A DNA stretch of 32,000 nt from Erysipelothrix larvae (GCF_001545095.1 NZ_CP013213.1:690001-722000), one strand, 5' to 3'; counted from the first letter of the stretch, positions 1-8,212 are shown. The notes: generated by a model from the letters alone, not told the origin. Program-made: numbers and translations.

Positions 1-338
1 CACCAGATTGTGCCGATGAGTTGAATGATAAAACCATTCGATCCAGTCAAGGCGCGGTGTTTCATCTTCCCATACATCGCCTCACATCCAAAGAAATCTT
101 TGAGTATCTGTCTTCACATCAAATGACCCTTGCAGTTACAGATGTTGTAAAAGCACAGCCTTTATCTGCTGTTAAAGACGTTGATAAAATTGCTGTGGTC
201 ATTGGTTCTGAAGGGAAGGGTGTATCGGAACCCTTCAAGCAAAATGCGCATTGTGCCATTAAGATTGAGACCTCTCGGTTTGAATCCTTGAATGCCGCAG
301 TTGCTGCAGGTATTATTGCCTACACACTTCGAAAATAA
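1..338 (+). CDS. TrmH/SpoU-family RNA 2'-O-methyltransferase, C-terminal part (5' end lies outside the window)
   Basis: The frame is open from base 3 (PDCADE precedes the listed TTG). SpoU-type motifs are present: IRSSQGAVFHLPI, VIGSEGKGVS, ESLNAAVAAGIIAY. A strong hairpin terminator follows. Confidence 0.8.
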   Translation, partial: PDCADELNDKTIRSSQGAVFHLPIHRLTSKEIFEYLSSHQMTLAVTDVVKAQPLSAVKDVDKIAVVIGSEGKGVSEPFKQNAHCAIKIETSRFESLNAAVAAGIIAYTLRK

Positions 339-345
339 CAACATT

Positions 346-383
346 AAAACGGGGTTTCCTTGACTTAAGGAGACCCCGTTTTC
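346..383. terminator. Bidirectional intrinsic terminator between convergent genes
   Basis: AAAACGGGGTTTCC / GGAGACCCCGTTTT stem with a 9-nt loop. An A-run lies 5' and a T-run 3', so it can terminate both strands. Confidence 0.8.
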
Positions 384-393
384 TTCATTGTTA

Positions 394-1662
394 TCAGTCG
401 TTATCCGTACAGAAATCCATAAACATCTCGATTGGATAGTTTCCAAAGATGGTAGTCCGGCGAATCAACATTTTATCCGTGTTTTTGTCACTGTACCCAT
501 TGGAGGTATATTGTCCAATAAATGCTAGGTGGAATCCTGCATCCTTTAGCGCAGCCTTTGCACGATCATTAAAATCGAAGAATGGATACGCATAGTAATT
601 AGATCCTTGAAGTTTCTCTTGGCTCAATTTCAAATCCGCAATCATTGAATCATAGGGTTCACATAACATCTGACCCCCTTGGGAGTAAGTCGTATTTTTA
701 GGACATTTATAATTATTGTGCATGTCATCAGAATGGGATTCGAATCGTGCATATTTTGAATCCATATACTCACTTACATCAACCTTACTTGTGATTATAA
801 AGAAGGTTGCATTCATCCCATACTTCTCAACAAGGGGTACTGAGTTTTCCAAGTAAATGCCATCATCCAAAGTGAGGGCGACTGTTTTTCTTGGAATCTG
901 GATTTTGCTATCCAAAAACAGTTCCAACTCTTCCATGGTCAGCGTTAAGAAATCTTCATCTCTCAGATATTGTAGGTGCGATTCGAACTGTTCTATGGGA
1001 TGACAAATTTCTACAGAAGCACAGGTTTGTGTTTCAGGGTCATAAACCGTGTGATAGGTGAATGTTCGAATGGTTTTTCGCGTCTCAATGGTTGTATTAT
1101 CAGAAGGATACACAGACTCAACTTCTTTCACGTAAAATAATGTATCATCATAAGCAACACCATACTTCCCATCTTCTTTTATGATGATTGGAAGATCAAA
1201 AGAGGTATCGAGTGTTAAAACAAGTTCATCATCTTCATTGTAAAATTGTGTGGGTGTCGGTGTCTTCACATTCTCATTAAACATCACATATCGTGTATAA
1301 CGCTGATCCTTTTCAAATTTTTTTGAAACACCATCAACATCATAGATGTTGATATATGCATCAAAATTCTTCACTTTAAAATATTGCGTGTCAACGTCGA
1401 TGGGTTCATTTACAAGTTCAAGTGGGTATCCTTCTTGAATGGTTCCACATTTTTGATAGGCACCATTCTCAAATGTATAAAGAAATGTTTCTTTATTCGT
1501 GATGACATTGTAACTGAATCGACTGATTATTTCTTGAAGTGTTTTTTCTTGTTCAGCCCGTTCTTGGTCCTCTTTTGCTTTTGAACTTAATGAATTCACA
1601 ACAAAAACTCCTGCAACACACAGAATCACAACACACATTCCAATCGCAATTTTTTTCTTCAT
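394..1662 (-). CDS. Membrane-anchored polysaccharide deacetylase (NodB-homology domain at the C-terminus)
   Basis: Start refined to MKKKIAIGMCVVILCVAG (SD AAAGGGG upstream; the listed 1716 start is an upstream extension). One N-terminal TM segment. NodB-type motifs TLDDG, ESHSDDMH and YAYPFFDFN. Confidence 0.8.
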   Translation of the reverse strand: MKKKIAIGMCVVILCVAGVFVVNSLSSKAKEDQERAEQEKTLQEIISRFSYNVITNKETFLYTFENGAYQKCGTIQEGYPLELVNEPIDVDTQYFKVKNFDAYINIYDVDGVSKKFEKDQRYTRYVMFNENVKTPTPTQFYNEDDELVLTLDTSFDLPIIIKEDGKYGVAYDDTLFYVKEVESVYPSDNTTIETRKTIRTFTYHTVYDPETQTCASVEICHPIEQFESHLQYLRDEDFLTLTMEELELFLDSKIQIPRKTVALTLDDGIYLENSVPLVEKYGMNATFFIITSKVDVSEYMDSKYARFESHSDDMHNNYKCPKNTTYSQGGQMLCEPYDSMIADLKLSQEKLQGSNYYAYPFFDFNDRAKAALKDAGFHLAFIGQYTSNGYSDKNTDKMLIRRTTIFGNYPIEMFMDFCTDND

Positions 1663-1986
1663 AAGCCCGCCCCTTTTGATTAAATCATAACGTAAAGCGT
1701 CATAATTATCAATCATCTAAAATGATAAAGAAAGATCTCCTAACAAATATAAATTTTACAAAGGGTGATAAGAACGCTTGGAGGATGAGTCATTTGCTTA
1801 ACACATATTAATGTTTATATTTTATTGAAACTACGCTTAAATTTCATGCTTAATTATTGATATAGAAGATAAATTGATACAAGAAAATAAAATAACATTA
1901 TAAATCGATAATATTACATATAATATATTGAGTGGATTCTTAATCTATGCTAGACTTGATATATACATTTCTAGCGGGGGAGACCG

Positions 1987-3024
1987 ATGAAAAAACTCAT
2001 AAAATCACTATTAAAGGTGTGTGTGGCACTGGGAGTGACATTATTAATTGTTGCTTTTACGTTGGTAATATCGATTAGACTCTTGTTTTCTGACATATCC
2101 ATCAATGCCAAAAATATGTTTGTGACCACAATGCTTGAAACCGGAAATTTCAAATTTGTTCCCGGGCTTTTTTTGTCGGATGCACAAATTCAAGAGATTG
2201 TGGATCGAAACTCCATGAAAGATATGGATACAGATGAAGATTTGTCCTTAATTGATGTGGATAAAGAAAACATCAATGATATTGAATTGGTTCAAATTGA
2301 AGGAAGATCCTTCATGGCAAAAATGTTAATCATCAAAGACCCATCACGGGTTACATTGGCCACAACTTATCCTTGGTCTGAATTTGGAAAAGAACTCCAT
2401 GAGCTTGTGGAAAAAGAAAATTCACTCGCTGCTGTCAATGGCGGTTTGTATCAATCAGCGCATAATAAAGGGGGCTTTCCCTTAGGTGTTGTGGTGTCAA
2501 AAGGGGAAATCCAGTTTAACCAACCCACAATGAATGGGTTGTATCTAATTGGAATGGATACAAAAAACCTTTTACGGGTTATCAGTTTAGAGGGCATGAA
2601 TGCAAGTGATGTTAAAAAGCTTGTAGAGACCGAAGGGATTCGTGATGCGGTGACCTTTCAAGAAGAAAATACTGATGCGAATAATCACTTTGTTAAACTT
2701 GTGGTCAATGGCGAAGCCAGAGCACTTGAAGGTAAAGGGAGTGGTGCAAACCCACGGACTGCGATTGGTCAGAGAAAAGATGGTTCAATTTTACTTCTTG
2801 TGACCGATGGTCGTGGTTCAGGTGGACACTTAGGCGCAACCGCCTCAGATCTCATTGAAATTATGATGGAATATGGTGCTGTGAATGCCGCAAACTTAGA
2901 TGGTGGCAGTTCATCTTCTATGTTTTTAAATGGACACTATGAAATGACCAGTGTAACACTTTACTATAGTAACTCTTCTTGGAGACTACCTAACGCGTTT
3001 GTAGTAGAAAAGAGGGGTGAATGA
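1987..3024 (+). CDS. Phosphodiester glycosidase family protein (DUF2233/NAGPA-like), membrane anchored
   Basis: SD GGGGGAG precedes the ATG. N-terminal TM helix. Family-typical motifs AAVNGGLY, NPRTAIGQRKDGSILLLVTDGR and AANLDGGSSSSM. Confidence 0.75.
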   Translation: MKKLIKSLLKVCVALGVTLLIVAFTLVISIRLLFSDISINAKNMFVTTMLETGNFKFVPGLFLSDAQIQEIVDRNSMKDMDTDEDLSLIDVDKENINDIELVQIEGRSFMAKMLIIKDPSRVTLATTYPWSEFGKELHELVEKENSLAAVNGGLYQSAHNKGGFPLGVVVSKGEIQFNQPTMNGLYLIGMDTKNLLRVISLEGMNASDVKKLVETEGIRDAVTFQEENTDANNHFVKLVVNGEARALEGKGSGANPRTAIGQRKDGSILLLVTDGRGSGGHLGATASDLIEIMMEYGAVNAANLDGGSSSSMFLNGHYEMTSVTLYYSNSSWRLPNAFVVEKRGE

Positions 3025-4103
3025 TGAAGTTAAATAAATTTAAAAAAGGGTTGTTAATATATACCGGAGTTCTTGTCCTTCTTGGAGGTCTGTTTGTTGG
3101 ATATGTTGTCTTAAGTTTGAAAGACTATGAAGCAAATCAAATCGATACGTATGTTAAAAAAGCACTGACAAAAGGCGCTTTAAGTGATGAGATCGAATTA
3201 AGTAATTATGAAACACAGAAAGATGTGACTAAAGCACTTCAAAACCTTGTAGATCATACTGAAATTAAGATTAAAGAAACACAAAAGAATCATTACATCA
3301 TCACATCTGATGGTGTCGAAATTGCGCAGCTTGAAGTTGAAGAAGGAAAAGCAATGACCAAATTGGGTATCTTGAACTATTCAAAACTATCCACCAAGTC
3401 ACTGACTTTCTCAAATGGTGGGGCATTATATGCTTACAATGTACAAATTCCTTCAACTTATACACTCGAAGTCAATGGCATCACAGTTGATCCAAGTGAA
3501 AGTACGGGCCGTGAAGTCTTGGATGGGTACACGGATGCACAGTCTCAAAATGCACCTACAAATTCTGTTTATGCATTGAATGGATTTATCAATAAACCAA
3601 CAATTGTCATTAAAGATGAGTCGCAAGCAATCGTTGAACCAACAATTGACAAAAATAAAATCACCGTGAGTACTTTTTATAAAACAGATGATGAAGTGGA
3701 AGCAATGAGTAAACTGGTTGAATCCATTGATGTGATGAAGCTCGCAAAGAACTATAGTCTATTCATGACCAATGACTTAACCGGTGCCAAACATGGTTTT
3801 GGAACCCTTGAACCTTATTTTATTGAAGGCACAGAAGTCTATAAACAAGCCTATCAATGGGCAAGTGGTGTCGACATTAGCTTTGTGAGTGATCATACAT
3901 TCAAAAATCCGATGTTCTCAAATGAACGGTTATCACAGTTTGAAATTTATGATAAAACATCATTTTCTGTCTTAGTTCATTTAGATAAAAACATGATTAT
4001 TACAGGGAAAGAACGGATTGATACCATGAATTCAAAGTGGTACTTTGTGTATGACAATGGGTGGAAACTGGTAGATATGAAGCATATTGGTAAGGGGAAT
4101 TAA
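3021..4103 (+). CDS. Hypothetical membrane-anchored extracytoplasmic protein (no family recognised)
   Basis: ATGA start/stop overlap with the upstream gene (3021-3024). One N-terminal TM helix (LLIYTGVLVLLGGLFVGYVVL). Long uninterrupted ORF in an operon context. Confidence 0.7.
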   Translation: MMKLNKFKKGLLIYTGVLVLLGGLFVGYVVLSLKDYEANQIDTYVKKALTKGALSDEIELSNYETQKDVTKALQNLVDHTEIKIKETQKNHYIITSDGVEIAQLEVEEGKAMTKLGILNYSKLSTKSLTFSNGGALYAYNVQIPSTYTLEVNGITVDPSESTGREVLDGYTDAQSQNAPTNSVYALNGFINKPTIVIKDESQAIVEPTIDKNKITVSTFYKTDDEVEAMSKLVESIDVMKLAKNYSLFMTNDLTGAKHGFGTLEPYFIEGTEVYKQAYQWASGVDISFVSDHTFKNPMFSNERLSQFEIYDKTSFSVLVHLDKNMIITGKERIDTMNSKWYFVYDNGWKLVDMKHIGKGN

Positions 4104-4104
4104 T

Positions 4105-5130
4105 ATGGACAACATTTACATCATCATTCCATCATTCAATCCAGATGAATCAATTATGCGTGAGTTTATCACTGATTTATATCAAGCATGTCAGAACATT
4201 GTGATTGTTAATGATGGTTCGGATGCATCCCATGATCTATTTTTCAAGTCGTTTGAACACATGGGTATACCCGTACTCAAACATGTCGTAAATCAAGGGA
4301 AGGGACGGGCGATTAAGTCAGGGTTCAATTATGTGTTGAATCATCATGATTTTGATGCAGTGGTAACGGCAGATTGTGATGGACAACATGCTGTAAAAGA
4401 CATCCAAACATGTGGCCGCCTTGCACAACAACATCCCCATGATCTAGTATTGGGTGTTCGAGACTTTAGTCAAGATGATGTTCCAAAAAAGAGTCGGTTT
4501 GGAAATCGAATCACCATCCAAGTTTTTAAGATATTCATTGGGTTGAATATCACCGATACACAAACAGGGCTGCGAGCGTTTAGTCAAAAGGTTGCGAAAG
4601 AATTTTTAGGTGTTGCTGGAGAACGCTATGATTATGAGACCAATATGTTGATCTCATGTAAAGAAAAAGACATTAAGATATCAGAAACACGCATCGACAC
4701 AATCTATATTAATAAGAATCAAACCTCACATTTTAATCCAATCAAGGATTCTTTCATTATTTATAAACTCTTTTTTAAGTATATTTTAGTCGCACTGAGT
4801 TCCTTTATTCTTGATATTTCATTATTCCAATTGTTTATGTGGATGCTGAGCATGGATCGAAAGATTTTCTATGCTACAATCTTTGCACGCGTGTTCTCTT
4901 CAATGTTTAACTATAAATTGAATGGAAAACTTATCTTCAAACACAGCTCCATAAAATCAATGATCAAATACTATCTTTTGGTACTTGGGATCATGTTGAT
5001 ATCAGGGTTTATGGTAACGTTTATTTGTGAGATACTCACGATAAAACCCGTCTTGGTTAAGCTTGTTGTTGATGGATTGCTCTTTGTTTTGAGCTTTGTT
5101 GTCCAACGCGAATGGGTATTTAAACGATGA
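4105..5130 (+). CDS. Bifunctional glycosyltransferase family 2 / GtrA-family membrane protein
   Basis: Start refined to MDNIYIIIPSFNP (SD AAGGGGA at 4092-4098). GT2 motifs IIIPSFNP, VIVNDGS and ADCDGQH. The C-terminal ~120 aa carry 4 TM segments ending in the GtrA-like REWVF. Confidence 0.8.
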   Translation: MDNIYIIIPSFNPDESIMREFITDLYQACQNIVIVNDGSDASHDLFFKSFEHMGIPVLKHVVNQGKGRAIKSGFNYVLNHHDFDAVVTADCDGQHAVKDIQTCGRLAQQHPHDLVLGVRDFSQDDVPKKSRFGNRITIQVFKIFIGLNITDTQTGLRAFSQKVAKEFLGVAGERYDYETNMLISCKEKDIKISETRIDTIYINKNQTSHFNPIKDSFIIYKLFFKYILVALSSFILDISLFQLFMWMLSMDRKIFYATIFARVFSSMFNYKLNGKLIFKHSSIKSMIKYYLLVLGIMLISGFMVTFICEILTIKPVLVKLVVDGLLFVLSFVVQREWVFKR

Positions 5131-5243
5131 CCAAACCGAACAAAAACTAAGGACACATTTTAGTTTTATCGTAAGGGAAATAAGCAAGTATGACAGATAT
5201 ATAAACATTAGAATAATTTTATAAATGTTTTCTTGTTTTTGAC

Positions 5244-5271
5244 TTGATAAATATGTGTAATCGGTTACAAT
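5244..5271 (+). promoter_or_regulatory. Putative sigma-A promoter of the ankyrin/EF-G-paralogue operon
   Basis: TTGATA (5244-5249), 16-nt spacer, TACAAT (5266-5271). Predicts a ~138-nt leader before the ATG at 5417. Confidence 0.45.
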
Positions 5272-5297
5272 ATAAGTAAGCAAAGGAGTGATGAACC

Positions 5298-5372
5298 ATG
5301 GTAGCGATTGTACCTAAAAAGATAACAGGGGTACTTTTAGTGGGTTCATTACGATATTTTGATATGGGATAG
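5298..5372 (+). CDS. Candidate 24-codon leader peptide / uORF (MVAIVPKKITGVLLVGSLRYFDMG)
   Basis: ATG lies 9 nt after the SD AAAGGAG (5282-5288). The TAG stop (5370-5372) lies inside the 5' arm of the downstream terminator hairpin. Too short for the ORF track. Confidence 0.35.
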   Translation: MVAIVPKKITGVLLVGSLRYFDMG

Positions 5373-5394
5373 ATACGGTGTGTCTATCTTTTTT
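5368..5394 (+). terminator. Leader (attenuator-type) intrinsic terminator upstream of the ankyrin gene
   Basis: GATAGATA / TGTCTATC 8-bp stem (one G-U pair), 5-nt loop CGGTG, then TTTTTT. It sits about 20 nt before the SD of the ankyrin gene. The stem is AT-rich and therefore weak. Confidence 0.5.
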
Positions 5395-5416
5395 GTTTGT
5401 GAAGGAGGAGACTATT

Positions 5417-6085
5417 ATGGATCAGACAAACAAAACTTTCTTTGATGCTTGTGCTCAAGGAGATCTTGAAGCAGTCGTCAATGCACTTGATAATGGTGCA
5501 GATGTTAATGGTGTAAATGGTGAAGGACGTACAGCCCTTATGCGCAGTGCGAAACGGGGTCATGTTGACGTTGTAACCTTACTGCTCGAACGTGGTGCTA
5601 AAGCAGATGCTCAAGATCTTAAAGGTAAAGACGCATTGATGGCAGCATCAAAGAAAGGCTATACCAAAACGTCTAAATTACTCATTGATGCAGGAGCCGA
5701 TGTAAATACACGTGATCATAAGGGAAGAACCGCGTTAATGCGTGCTTCATTCTTAGGCCATTTGGATTTAGTGAAGTATCTTGTGGAATGTGGAGCAAAT
5801 GTGAATAACACCGATGATATGGGCCGCACCGCACTTATGGAAGCTGCGTTAGCGTTCAGATTTGATATTATCAAATTTTTAATCGAAGAAGGTGCAGATG
5901 TTAATGCACAAGATGTCAATGGATGTACTGCTCTTATGAGAGCATGCTACTCCGGATATGCAGATTTAATAGAGTATCTTCTACAACATAATGCCGATAA
6001 GACGATCGAAGATAAAGATGGAAACCTCGCAATCCATTATGTTCGTCAACATAGTTTTGAAGATTTAAAACACCTATTAAAATAA
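5417..6085 (+). CDS. Ankyrin-repeat protein (about 6 repeats, no signal peptide)
   Basis: Start refined to MDQTNK (SD GAAGGAGG at 5401-5408). Strict 33-aa periodicity of G(R/K)TALMxAxxxGhxdhVxxLhxxGAdVNxxD. Confidence 0.85.
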   Translation: MDQTNKTFFDACAQGDLEAVVNALDNGADVNGVNGEGRTALMRSAKRGHVDVVTLLLERGAKADAQDLKGKDALMAASKKGYTKTSKLLIDAGADVNTRDHKGRTALMRASFLGHLDLVKYLVECGANVNNTDDMGRTALMEAALAFRFDIIKFLIEEGADVNAQDVNGCTALMRACYSGYADLIEYLLQHNADKTIEDKDGNLAIHYVRQHSFEDLKHLLK

Positions 6086-6110
6086 TATAATATCTGGAGG
6101 AAAATAACTT

Positions 6111-8183
6111 ATGACAATGCGTGATTATCATTCAAATAATGTAAGAAATGTTGTAGTATTGGGGCATGCCGGATCAGGGAAATCTTCTGTTGTACAGGCA
6201 ATGCTTAAGAAAATTGGAAAAGTAGACCGAATTGTAAGTGCTGAGAGTGGCCAATCAATGGTAGACTTTGAACCTCAAGAAGTTAAACGAAATCAATCAA
6301 TTTATACTGCGCTTGTCCCAATTGAATGGGAAGGTAAAAAAATCAATTTTATAGACACACCGGGTTACTTAGATTTTATGGCTGAAATGATTTCAGGTTA
6401 TAGTGTTGGAGATAATGCATTAATTGTTGTGGATGCAAAAGAAGGCGTCGATATCGGCACACGAACTGCATTCAATTGGATTCAAAGAGATTTAAAACCG
6501 ACAATCTTTTTCGTAAATAAGATGGATGATCCCGAAGTATCATTCCATGAAACCTATAATGAACTTCGTGAAGCATTTGGTAATTCAGTGATTGCGTTTG
6601 AAATTCCAATTCGTGAAAATGGAACTGCAATCGGTAGTATTAACTTACTAAGTAAAAAAGTATGGTATTATGGTAAACCCGAAACACCATTTGACGTTCC
6701 AGAAGAATATCAGGCGCTTGTAAGTCAACACTGGGAAGAAATCTGTGAAGCAGTAGCAATGACAGATGACGGACTCATGGAATCCTATTTTGAAAATGGA
6801 GATATGAGTGAAGCAGATATCCTAAAAGGCGTGTCCTTAGGTGTTCGGAGCGGTGACATTCGTCCGGTATATTGCGGAAGTGCCATGAACAGCGTTGGTA
6901 TTCGAAGACTTTTAGATTTGATTACAGAATATTTACCAAGTTATGGTGAAAAGGAAACCGTAAGCGGTCATACACATAAAGGTGAACCTGTTACTTTAAA
7001 AACAACTGAAGATGAAAAAATGAGTGCGCAAGTATTCAAAACAATCGTCGATCCATTTGTTGGACGCATCAGCTACTTGAAAGTTATGAGTGGTGTGTTG
7101 TCCAGTGATTCTGTAGTGACAAATGTTAATCAAGACGAACAAGAACGCGTGGGTTCTTTGTATAGTATTCAAGGGAAACACCAATTGGGTGTTGGAAAGC
7201 TCTTTACAGGGGATATTGGTGCAGTTGCGAAACTATCCGTAACACATACCTTTGAAACATTAGCAGCTAAAGATCTCGATATCATTTATGATACACCAAC
7301 TTTACCACAAGCACTTTTAGGGGTTGCGATATGGCCATCCGCTAAAAAAGATGAAGACAAACTCAGTCAATCACTTGCGAAAGTTATTGAAGAAGAAATA
7401 GGTGCACGCTCAGAAACAAACCCTGAAACGAATGAATTGATTCTCTATGGGCTTGGTGATCAACACTTAGATATAATGGTTCGTAAACTAAAAGATAAAT
7501 ATGGTGTTGATGTCACAATCACAGTACCAGAGATTGCGTATCGTGAAACCATTCGTAAAAAATCAACCGGTGAAGGACGCCACAAGAAACAATCTGGTGG
7601 AGCAGGACAATTTGGTCATGTGTTCGTAGATTTTGAACCGTTTGATACCGATGAAATGGTCTTTGAAGAGAAAGTATTTGGTGGTGCAGTTCCACGTCAA
7701 TACTTCCCAGCTGTTGAACAGGGTCTTCGTGAAGCAATGGTTAAGGGAATCTTAGCAGGCTATAAAGTTGTCGGTGTAAAAGCAACCTTAACGGATGGTA
7801 AATACCATGAAGTCGATTCAAAAGAAATCGCCTTTAAACAAGCAGCGCGTCTTGCGTATCTGGATGGTATGCCAAAAGCAAACCCTATACTCCTTGAACC
7901 GATTGTTGAACTTAAAGTGCATGTACCCGATAGTTATACCGGCGCAGTTATTGGTGATTTGAATAAACGCCGTGGTATCATCATGGGTATGGATGCTGAA
8001 AACGAAACAGATCAATGTATTACTGCAGAAGTACCGCTTGTTGAAGTGAGCCGTTATTTATCAGAACTCCGCTCAATTTCTCAAGGCCGTGGTACCTATG
8101 AACAAAAATTCCTTCGTTATGATGCTGCACCTGAACATATCGCTCAAGCAGTCATTCAAAGACGTAAAAAGGATGATGAATAA
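6111..8183 (+). CDS. Elongation factor G paralogue (translational GTPase, EF-G-like five-domain layout) with atypical G motifs
   Basis: SD GGAGG precedes the ATG. G1 GHAGSGKS, G3 DTPGYLDF, G4 NKMD, G5 GSAM. EF-G-like ILYGLGDQHLDIMVRKLKDKYGV, PEIAYRETI and the domain IV motif YHEVDSKEIAFKQAA. Starts 25 nt after the ankyrin gene with no terminator between them. Confidence 0.85.
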   Translation: MTMRDYHSNNVRNVVVLGHAGSGKSSVVQAMLKKIGKVDRIVSAESGQSMVDFEPQEVKRNQSIYTALVPIEWEGKKINFIDTPGYLDFMAEMISGYSVGDNALIVVDAKEGVDIGTRTAFNWIQRDLKPTIFFVNKMDDPEVSFHETYNELREAFGNSVIAFEIPIRENGTAIGSINLLSKKVWYYGKPETPFDVPEEYQALVSQHWEEICEAVAMTDDGLMESYFENGDMSEADILKGVSLGVRSGDIRPVYCGSAMNSVGIRRLLDLITEYLPSYGEKETVSGHTHKGEPVTLKTTEDEKMSAQVFKTIVDPFVGRISYLKVMSGVLSSDSVVTNVNQDEQERVGSLYSIQGKHQLGVGKLFTGDIGAVAKLSVTHTFETLAAKDLDIIYDTPTLPQALLGVAIWPSAKKDEDKLSQSLAKVIEEEIGARSETNPETNELILYGLGDQHLDIMVRKLKDKYGVDVTITVPEIAYRETIRKKSTGEGRHKKQSGGAGQFGHVFVDFEPFDTDEMVFEEKVFGGAVPRQYFPAVEQGLREAMVKGILAGYKVVGVKATLTDGKYHEVDSKEIAFKQAARLAYLDGMPKANPILLEPIVELKVHVPDSYTGAVIGDLNKRRGIIMGMDAENETDQCITAEVPLVEVSRYLSELRSISQGRGTYEQKFLRYDAAPEHIAQAVIQRRKKDDE

Positions 8184-8212
8184 GGGGTAAACACCCATCA
8201 AATAAATAGTTG

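Noticed and set aside
162-446. Many 60-155-aa ORFs in the track lie antisense to, or out of frame within, larger genes. Examples: 162-446, 1384-1584, 1971-2153, 4971-5156, 5716-5919, 6996-7184, 7519-7737, 7818-8015, 10154-10420, 12304-13177, 14750-15022, 16442-17038, 23321-23539, 24021-24370, 25199-25459, 26287-26595, 26679-26912, 27305-27487, 28262-28942, 29306-29740, 29840-30307 and 31513-31698.
   Set aside because: Each is fully embedded in a longer ORF that has clear family motifs and a Shine-Dalgarno sequence. None has an SD or recognisable motifs of its own. They have the composition expected of shadow frames in an AT-rich genome.
1663-1716. Upstream extensions of several track ORFs: 1716 for the deacetylase, 4087, 5378, 10551, 10646, 11843, 13540, 20171, 20114, 23145, 23905 and 25899.
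   Set aside because: In most cases an internal ATG, GTG or TTG is preceded by a well-spaced Shine-Dalgarno sequence and gives a canonical N-terminus (signal peptide, lipobox or family-typical start). For 11843 the internal ATG at 11861 was chosen on the family-typical N-terminus alone (no clear SD). The extensions run through promoters or the upstream gene.
5002-5283. 93-aa minus-strand ORF spanning the end of the GT2-GtrA gene and the 5131-5283 intergenic region.
   Set aside because: Low-complexity AT-rich translation with no SD. It overlaps a well-supported CDS and the predicted promoter of the ankyrin operon.
5278-5416. Possibility that the ankyrin-operon leader is a known riboswitch class.
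   Set aside because: I could not match it by eye to the purine, preQ1, fluoride, ZTP, SAM, TPP, FMN, glycine, c-di-GMP, guanidine or T-box consensus features. It is kept as an unclassified leader/attenuator (see findings). An Rfam scan is needed to settle this.
6111-8183. EF-G paralogue as a Tet(M)/Tet(O)-type ribosomal protection protein.
   Set aside because: At about 690 aa and with an EF-G-like domain IV motif (YHEVDSKEIAFKQAA), it looks more EF-G-like. As far as I recall, ribosomal protection proteins are shorter and retain DTPGH. Phylogeny has not been done, so this rejection is tentative.
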